From Ostrea edulis (taxonomy: Eukaryota): a stretch of 64,000 nucleotides of DNA. Location: the NCBI RefSeq assembly GCF_947568905.1, contig NC_079172.1, positions 43,586,001 to 43,650,000 on the forward strand. The letters are read 5' to 3'. Numbering within the stretch: position 1 is the first letter of the stretch; each line of letters begins with the position of its first letter. The notes under the pieces were generated by a model. That model was not told the DNA's origin. It saw nothing but the letters and a program-made list of their open reading frames with translations, and made no database searches. Positions 1 through 10,100 of the stretch are shown in pieces. The position numbers and the translations under genes are program-made.

Positions 1-560
1 CTGTTCATATATAAACAAGACGACCTTAAACTGTTCATAAACAAGATGACCTTAAACTCCTGTAAATCAATGATAACCTCACACAAGATGCTGCTCAAAT
101 AAATGCCTGATGTACATAAAAATATCACACATTATTTTTTAAGGAGAAAGTATTACATACTGTGTATGTCCCACAAATCAATTTTTATTCTCACTGTTTC
201 ACTGCAGACCAAAACTATGTAATTCAAAACTACAGTGAATAAAATCTATTCATATTTAGATATACTGTATACTTTAATTAACAATAGAAGTTAATTAAAC
301 TGTGGATTTATATTGGTGTGGAAGTGGATTTAGATTTTAAAAAAAACAAAACATGAAATTAACCTGTCTGGAATCAACAGCTTTACAATTCATATAAAAC
401 CTTTCGAATCTTCTGAAAATGTGTAGTGCTTTATAAACTGTAAAGAAATGGTTTTAATTAGGTGTTTGAGATATTTTCAAGAAGTTTTTCATCCCAAAAT
501 TATTTTATGCATATAGATGCACGGAATCTATGTTAAGTACAAAATGTTGAGAACTTCAAA

Positions 561-791
561 TGAATTTTGTAGATAGTTGATAAATTGAAATGAATTTTGT
601 AGATAGTTGATAAATTGAAATGAATTTTGTAGATAGGTGATAAATTGAAATGAATTTTGTAGATAGGTGATAAATTGAAATGAATTTTGTAGATAGGTGA
701 TAAATTGAAATGAATTTTGTAGATAGGTGATAAATTGAAATGAATTTTGTAGATAGGTGATAAATTGAAATGAATTTTGTAGATAGGTGAT
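561..791 (+). repeat. 30-bp minisatellite (about 8 copies) spanning the exon A acceptor
   Basis: Unit TGAATTTTGTAGATAG(G/T)TGATAAATTGAAA; AG dinucleotides at 572, 602 and so on to 782. Confidence 0.95.
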
Positions 792-884
792 ATAGATGGA
801 GAGGAGAGTTTGAATCTGACAACTACAACACTTAAGAGGTGCAAACAGCAGGTGCTTCGTCCATACTGGCGACTTCTTATGTTT
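783..884 (+). CDS. GRL exon A (IGDIDGEESLNLTTTTLKRCKQQVLRPYWRLLMF)
   Basis: ttttgtAG acceptor at 781-782; GTAAGT donor at 885; phase 0 into the next exon. An alternative acceptor at 794-795 is possible. Confidence 0.75.
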
Positions 885-3800
885 GTAAGTGTTATAAATC
901 AATATAAATTAATCCTCTCATGCTGGGAATTCTTGTGTTAGTGAGTATTATAAAGAGATTATACAATGCTCCTCTCATGCTGGGAATTCTCATGTTAGTA
1001 TTATAAAGAGATTACACAATGCTCCTCACATGCTGGGAATTCTTATGTTAGTATTATAAAGAGATTATACAATGCTCCTCTCATGCTGGAAATTATCATG
1101 TTAGTATTATAAAGAGATTACACAATGCTCCTCTCATGCTGGGAATTCTATGTTAGTATCATATAGAGATACAATACTGATCCTCTCATGCTGGGAATTC
1201 TCATGTTAGTATCATATAGAGATTACACAATGCTCCTCTCATGCTGGGAATTCTATGTTAGTATCATATAGAGATTACACAATGCTCCTCTCATGCTGGG
1301 AATTCTGTGTTAGTATTATAAAGAGATTATACAATGCTCCTCTCATGCTGGGAATTCTCATGTTAGTAAGTATTATAGATTACAGAATACTCCTCTTATG
1401 CTGGATGTCATTTTACATGAATATAAAGGAATTTTTTTTCTCGAAAAATTCTTACTCAGATCAGCATGGCCATGTTAGTCATATTGATTTTGAGGCATCC
1501 TCACATTGTGTGGATTCAAGTTCAATTAAGTCACATCACCATGCAGTACGTAGGGGTCATGATATGAAATCAAAAATTTGTCGTTGGGCTAAAGAGAGTA
1601 GAGATCTTAAAACAATCGGAAGCAAGTTGACTTGGTGGACATTGTTACTAAATGATGCATAATGCTCCTGCAATGCTGGAAACACCCAATGCTTATAAGT
1701 ATTATATAGAATACACAATCCTTTGGCCATGTTGAAGACTTTTCATGTTTGAAAGTATTACTTAATATACAATATGCCCTGGCCATGCATGTGATTTTGC
1801 ATGTTTGTGAGTATTAGGCATTATACATTAGTGGAAAGTATCAATATTGTATGTCTATGTGAAAGAACAATATGATAAAGCTCTAGGCAGTATTGGTTAA
1901 ATGTCTTATGTCTCAACTATATACTATATGTGTGTGAGCATGCAAGTGAGTGTATGTGTGTGAACATGTGTGTGTGTGTGTGTGTGTGTGTGAACGTGCA
2001 TGTGTGTACAGTGTGTGTGTGTATGTGTGTGTGCAGAGATAAACTTGCATGTATACTGCTGGTGGATATTTTAGTTTTTACATTGACAAGTAGTCCTGAA
2101 ATTCGTTTCTTGGTGACCATGATATTTTATTCCGTCCCAGACACAAACAGATGGATGGACAGAAAGACGGACGGACAAACACTGGACAAAGTGATCCCCA
2201 TGTGTCTGCCATATGCTTTGCAGGTGATGCAGAATCACAGCAGTAAATTCCATGCCATCTCCATTAATGATTACATATTTGACTTTTGTAGATTGGATGG
2301 CGGGGGTTCGGCAGGGAGTCTGTTCACTTTACCAGTAAAAGATTGACTGTGTTGAACGTCGTGTACCCTATATTTGTTGTCTGCTTGTTACTGTATACCT
2401 ATGTTTATGAGATTGTTGCGTGTCAATGGAAACTGGATCTTCACAAGGATACTCAGGTAAGACGTCATGTCTCGGACGTCACTCAGGTGAAACAGATGTC
2501 ATGTCTCGGATATCTAGATGTTTTATCCCACTTACTGGTAGATGCAGTTACAATGTATTGGTAGAAAGCACAAAAATCTTGTAATGTGATTTTTTTTCAT
2601 TTAAATGACAGATGTTAATTAAATTAAATTAAATATTGATTAACCTTAATCTGATCTGACTGATTAACCATTATCATATTCTGGTTTTCCTTAATTCTCT
2701 TCTGTCGGAGGAAGATCTGGAGGCCTATTAATTGTACTAAAGCCAGTCTGTCTTTTGGTTAACAACTTTAACTTTGGCCATTATCTTTTGAACCATAAAT
2801 ATAAAGATGAAGACTTCATGTATGATCCATGGTTAGGTCTAATAAAAAGCTTGTTTGAGATTGCCTTTGATGTCAAAGGGTGTAGCCTTTATTTCGTTTT
2901 CAGCAATAACTTGATAGAGTGTGTTTATATTTGCACCATGGCTGGAGCAATGAAAACTTTGTCTCAGATATTGTATTTGATATCAAAGGGTGGCATTTGT
3001 TACTAAAGATAAATATTTAGTTTCTTAGCAATACTTTAAAAAGGGTTTGAACATAATTGATTGGTGTAATGAAAATCTTGTCTGAGATTGCCTTTGGGAT
3101 CATGGGTCCTAGGGTGTGGCCTCTGTTGCTAAAAATAAATGTTTAAGATTTCTGCATTAGAACCAGGCTATAATGGTCCCTTTATGGGAATTTTGTTCAA
3201 ATTTTGTAGGATTGTTAGTCACCAAATGTAGTTGATCACATTCCACCGCCATTTTGATTTGTCAAATTTTACAGGAGTTATGGGACTTTGTTGAATTTGT
3301 ACATTCGACTACACTATAGGATTAACACTTTGTGGACACAATCCCTCAGTGACCACTATACAGATTTTGTTCAAGTTATGCAGGATTGTTATTCACAATA
3401 TGTAGTTGGACATATTCCACCGCAATTTTGATTCTACGAATTTTACAGTAGTTATTGGACTTTTGTGCAACTTTTTTTGTGTTGGTGGGGGACATATGGC
3501 TACACGTACACATAGCAGTCTTGTTACTTTTGCTTTGTAGCTTCCTCTCTGTTAGTTGTATAGTGTGACTTATTTGTCTTTTTACTTTAATCTGTTAATC
3601 AGAAATACATAGATGCAAATCCTGCACATGTGTAATGAATAATGTATTACAGTGTATCTCATGCTAAGATGAGCTTAATATGCAGTACTAGTGGAATGAT
3701 CTATCGGTGCATCGTGATACTCATCTTCAGTTGGCTATGTATGGATAAATACACATGTCTGTTAAATGATGATACCTGTCATAGCGTTTTCCAAAAGTAT

Positions 3801-4133
3801 CAGAACATCACAAGTCGGGTATTTTCAGTCCGCCAAGTAGAAAATAAAGGTAGAACTACAACAAAACATGGCGGACTACATAATCCGACTGGAAGCAAGT
3901 CAGGGGTATGGGAGAGGTTTGGCTTATCAGTTTATAAAAGGGAAAACGGTGTAAGAAACATTGATAAAACAAGTTTTTGCAAGATGTTTGGAGCATCGTG
4001 ATACTTATTTTATTCTAGATGAGTATCTAGCTGAATATTGATTGATATTTTTTCTGTTTTGTTTGGAATTGAATAAATTTGAAATCCTTTCTCTATAGTT
4101 ATGCCCCCGAGATCAAAGATTGGGGGGGGGGGG

Positions 4134-4164
<31 letters not shown>

Positions 4165-7100
4165 TAAAAATTTAACCTTGCTAATAACTTTTGAACAGTA
4201 AGTGCTAGAGCTTTGATATTTCATATGAGTATTCCTACAGTGACAAGACCTTTCTGTGGGTACTAAACCTTTTGACCTTGGCATTTGACCTACTTTTAAA
4301 AAATTTGACATTGGTCATAACTTCTAAATGGTAAATATTAGAGCTCTCATATTGCACATAAGCATTTCATGTGACAAGATCTTTCTACTGCTACCAAGAT
4401 ATTTGTCCTTGTGACCTTTATGGAGCGCCAAATTACATAAACTCAAATAATTGAAGATGTCTTCAATTATTTGAAGATATCATCAATTCATTTGATGCGC
4501 GCAACAATTTAATTAAAGATCCCTTCAAATAATTAATGATATCTTCAATTCTGAATTATTGCACGCATTAATTGAATTGATGATAGCATTAATTCTGCAG
4601 CTGAATTGATGCGGCTTTAATTGAATTGATGATCTCTTCAAATGAATTAATGATATCAACAATTGAATTGATGCGCGCTACAATTCAATTGAAGAGAGCA
4701 ATAATTGATATAATGCACGCATTAAATCAATTGATGAGAGCAATAATTGAATTGATGCGCGCATTAATTCATTTGATGAGAGCAATAATTGATTTAATGC
4801 ACGCATTAATTCAATTATTGCTCTCTTTAATTGAATTAATATCTTTAATTCATTTGAAGAGAGCAATAATTCTTTTAGAGAGAGCAACTATATAATTAAA
4901 GATATTTTCAATTCAACATATCCACAATTGAATTAATGATCTCTTTAATTGAATTGTTGCTCTCTTTAAAAGAATTGATGCGCGCATTAATTCCTTATAC
5001 AAAAGCATTGTAAATAATTAAAAATATCTTCAATTAAATTAAAGAGATCATCAAATTATTTATACCGAGCTCTAAATTAATTATTGCGAGCAATATTTCT
5101 ACGAAATTGATGCTCTCATCAATTGAATTGAAGAGAGCAATAATTGAATTAATGTGTGCATCAAATCTATTATTGCTCTCATTAATTCAATTGATGCTCT
5201 CATCAATTGAATTGAAGAGAGCAATAATTGAATTAATGTGCACAGTAAATCAATTATTGCTCTCATTAATTCAATTGATGCGTGCATTAATTCAATTGAT
5301 GAAAGCAATAATTGAATTGAAGTGTGCATTAATTCATTTGATGAGAGCAATAAATGATTTAATGCGTGCATTAATTCAATTGAAGAGAGCAATAATTGAA
5401 TTGAAGATATCTTCAATTATTTGAGTTTATGTTAATTTGGTGCTCCATAGACCTTGGCCATCTTTGAAATTGGTCATTATCGGGGGCATTTGTGTTTTAC
5501 AAACGCATCTTGTTTTTATTGATGTGCAAAGTATCGCGATATGTATCGTATCGTGTGTCAAGTATTGTGATACGTATTGGATCGGCTAGAAAGGGTATCA
5601 TCCCACTCCTACTTGGCAGGGTGTATTTTTCTGATTAGTACAGCCCACGGCTGCGTTTTAGATCATAGCAACTAGCCTAGCTGCTAGGCTAGATATCTAG
5701 GTCTATTGAAGGCAATGTATGAATTAACGCTTGTTATCCCTACATAGGGCTAGCCTAGATGTTTGTTTAATTTCATACCACTATCTAGCACTATGTAGGT
5801 AATATGATCTTGAACGCACTGGTCTGAATCCTGATAATTTTGTTATTTCTTGTAGGTCATCACTACAACTACCACCACTCCTGAGTCCACAGAAGCAAAT
5901 ATTAGTACCACAATGACGGGAGGTCAGAGTGTGGCCACACTGACCTTAGGCTCACCCCAGAATCTCACCAGCATGCACTGGATCGCCCCGTCTGAGCGTC
6001 CCGAGGCCTGTAAGCACATCATCACTACGTACGTCATTCCCAACACTCTCCACTTTGTGGCATACATTATGGGGATGGTTCACTTCAGACTACAAGAGAA
6101 TGAACAACTGTATGCCATCATGGAAAAGGCAGGTTTTTGTAGATCTCTTCCCTATTCTCTAGTTTAGACAAATTGTTGTATGATTATAAGGCAGGTTTTA
6201 GTAGATCTCTTCCCTATTCTCTAGTTTAGACAAATTGTTGTATGATTATAAGGAAGGTTTTTGTAAATCTCTTTCCTATTCTCTTAAGTTTAGACAAATT
6301 GTTGTATGATTATAAGGTAGGTTTTTGTAGATCTCTTCCCTATTTTCTAATTTAGACAAATTGTTGTATGATTATAAGGCAGGTTTTTGTAAATCTCTTT
6401 CCTATTCTCTTAAGTTTAGACAAATTGTTGTATGATTATAAGGCAGGTTTTTGTAAATCTCTTTCCTATTCTCTTAAGTTTAGACAAATTGCTGTATGAT
6501 TTTATTATATGTGTACAGAAGGATAGCAGTTTTGTCACATATTATTTCAGTACCAAAGTGATTTCAGCCCCTATTTGTATCATCCTGTGCCATTTCATCA
6601 CTGTAGATTATATAGTTCTTTTTAATCCTAGTTTAAAATTCGCCTCATGATGTTTGGAGCAATTTGATTGTGTGCTAAATGCATCGATGTGAAAACATCC
6701 TCTGTGTACAAGACTGAAAAAGCAAGTGCAATGAATATTTTATCAGATACAGTTTGTGTTGTACTCCAGCTGATGTGTAGCTAATAAGGTATGGGACAGC
6801 TGGAATATAGAATTGATGCTTGGTACTGGTAATATGAGCATTTTGATACCATATAGGTTTCTGGGTACTGATTTGGACCAATTTTGATGAATGGTTCCAA
6901 ATTGCTGAAATTTATATCTATATAGAAGATATTACGGGAGGATCATCAAACTAAGGAGGATTATCATACCTTCATCTCTTCAATTCATCAAACTTTGTAT
7001 CCACCACAAACGTCTGCCATACAGTATTCGAGCTCATAGTTTTGATGTTAAAACTGACATTTAAATTTTACTGTAGGTTTTCCTACAAGCCACACCATCA

Positions 7101-10100
7101 TATAGCAGAACAGCATCCCAGCAAAAGATGATCAAGAAGCTTAGGTGTGTATTTGTGTTATCAGGTAGTAATGAAAACACAGACCAGTGCGAAGTCGAAA
7201 GTGAGGTTTGTTTTCTCTTTTTGACATCTCAGTTTGACCTATGGGTTGGTAGTGTTAATATTCTATTTTAGAAACTAAAAAAATAAGAAAAATTTAAGGA
7301 GGGACATTGAATTAGCAGATCAATTTTATTTTATTTAGTTTATGATACAGCATAAACAAAATGTGGAGTCAATTTGCATTGCATAAAAATCTGAAATATG
7401 TTTTGAAATTTGAAATGACAGATTTAATTTTCTGTAAATAAATTAAATAGCATAAAAAATTTTGATGAAGAGTTGGTGCATTTTATCAACCTGGTCAAAA
7501 ATGGAAAAGAAATAAACCTTTGCTGAATGATTTAATCAGCTTTTGGACATTCAATCAAGTTTTCAATCACTTGATAATGGGTAGAAATTAAGTGATTTCT
7601 TTTTTATTTAAAGGATACTGATGGCCGTGGGTGCAATCTGGGTGGCTGTCACGTTAGTGATGCAGGGACTGTATGAGTTTGCCTTTGACTTCCCCAAACT
7701 GCTCTTCTTTAAAAAAGTAGGGTAAGAGATTTTATATTTATATAAAAAAGACTTTTGGGAAACTCCATATTGTGTCCATGAAATTTTTTAATTTCTGTTT
7801 TATATTATGAATATCCATTAGGTGTTATTTCTGTTTAACAGTATGACTGTTCATTAGGTGTTATTTATATTTTACAATATGATTATTCATTAGATGTTAT
7901 TTCTGTTTTATAGTATGACTGTTCATTGGGTGCTATTTCTGGGGTTTTCTGTTTAACATTATGAATATTCATTAGGTATTATTTCTGTTTTATAGTATGA
8001 CTGTTCAGGGCTGTCACTGTCCTTTTTGGTACAGGGTCCCATTAGATTGGGAAAATTATCGACGTTTTGGGTCAAATTGGGAAATTTTACTTTCATACAA
8101 TGATTTTAAAAGACAGACAAAAACAATATCTAGTAAGTTCAATTAGGTTTTATTTTTCAATTGATCACCTGGCTGCCAATCTATAAAGAGACTAGAGGTC
8201 TCTTGCGCAACTTTTCGGGCCTTGTCGAAAATGCGCAAGAAGTTATAAGTGAAAACGAAACTAACATGATTTAATTTTTTTTTTATACACACAATGAAAC
8301 AGTTTATGATATTGGGAATTTCTAGGCAAATAAATTGGGAATTTTGGGATTTTTTCCCAATTGGGAAGGGTCCGTTTATCGGACCCAATTCAAAGTGATT
8401 GAAGGCCCTGCTGTTTATTGGGTGCTATTTCTGTTTTACATTATGAATATTCATTAGGTGTTATTTCTGTTTTATAGTATGACTGTTCATTGGGTGTTAT
8501 TTCTGTTTTATAGTATGACTGTTCATTGGGTGCTATTTCTGTTTTATAGTATGACTGCTCATTGGGTGCTATTTCTGTTTTATAGTATGACTGCTCATTG
8601 GGTGTTATTTCTGTTTTATAGTATGACTGTTCATTGGGTGCTATTTCTGTTTTATAGTATGACTGTTCATTGGGTGCTATTTCTGTTTTATAGTATGACT
8701 GTTCATTGGGTGCTATTCAGTATTGAACTACTGGGAATCCTTATCCTGAACTCGGTGACATTGGCAGTGATAGCAAATTATGTTACACACTGTGAGATGG
8801 CCCTGTTCTACCTGAAGGGTCTGGCTCTCAGATTGCAGGAGAAGTCCTCAGAACTCAAGGCAGCAATGAAGGTCAGTTAAAAAAATCACACACTAAGTGC
8901 ACACTATTGCATTTGAAATATTTCATGGACTTTAGAAATAAATTTCAAAGCACAAACTAGTGTGATTTATATTGAATTAGTTCATATTTTTAAGTATCTG
9001 AAATGTATATCAATTTCAAGGAATATGTCAAGGAAAAATATTTATTTGATGAAGTCCTTTAATGTTCATGTGGGAGACTTTTAACTTATATGGAGATGTA
9101 AGTGAAATCTTTTGATAGAATATGTAATTTCACTCATGATACGATTCACTGAACACAAACTTTGTGAATGATCTTGTCTTGGTTGTAGGACCTTCTGTTC
9201 ATCAAACAGAACGTGAGTTTACTGAATGGACCAGTGGCGAGAATGACTGCTCTCATATCCGTCATATTTGCTGAACTCACTATCATTGGTATGCTTAATT
9301 TTAAAGGGACTGGTTCACGATTTTTGATAAAAATATTTTTCCTTTTTTATCGTAAACATTAAAAATATAACTAATTTAATGCTGACAGCCAAAATTTTGA
9401 CCTTCTGAATGCAAGAATAATAGCAATATTTTAGCCTTAAATCTGTGTTATGTAAACAAAGACTCGAGTCTATTTATGTATACAAACAAACAAGTGATTT
9501 CAGAAATATTGATTTTGTAATATAAAACATCTTAATTTTGCATAATCTCAAATTTGAACTTCTAAATGACACATTTTGTCCCAAAAATGCTTGAAATGTG
9601 AAGATATAATAAACTTAGATCGATATCCGTTTCTTTTAAAAATTTCGTAAAAAATAGCATACCCCAATCTTTGTTTACAAAACAAATAATAAACTCTCTA
9701 AAATGAGCTTCTGTGATAATGTATACCCTTAATTTTTATGTGAACTCTTTTAAACACATTAGACAGAAGATTTTGATCATTAAAAGTGAAAAAGAAAATT
9801 TTAGGGAAAATCGTGAATTAGTCCCTTTAAGATTTATTTCTAGAGTTGGTTGAAAAATACTGTATCCTTGCAGCAAATCATAGGAATATAGAAGCATTTA
9901 TCAATAAAATTGCAAAGGAAAACCAAACTTCGAAGAATAGATATTATCATTTTAAATGTTGATGGTGGTATGTAACAAACTTAATTTGTTTAAAGCAAAA
10001 TTATAATGTTTTATGTAGTTTGCCAGGAAAAGATCAAAAATTTTACACCTTCAAGATTTATAAACTGGTATCGTTTTTGGTCTGTCTGTTTGGATAATTC

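Noticed and set aside
528-902. Repetitive minus-strand ORFs (FITYLQNSFQ repeats and similar)
   Set aside because: These are translations of the 30-bp minisatellite; the real exon is on the plus strand.
3760-3995. BED-finger-like GSKSGVWERFG, with a possible hAT end near 5530-5611
   Set aside because: Too short and degenerate to define element boundaries; probably a hAT remnant but not supportable as a feature.
4626-5424. Leucine-zipper-like ORFs on both strands
   Set aside because: They are a by-product of AT-rich inverted modules inside a TIR/TSD-bounded element.
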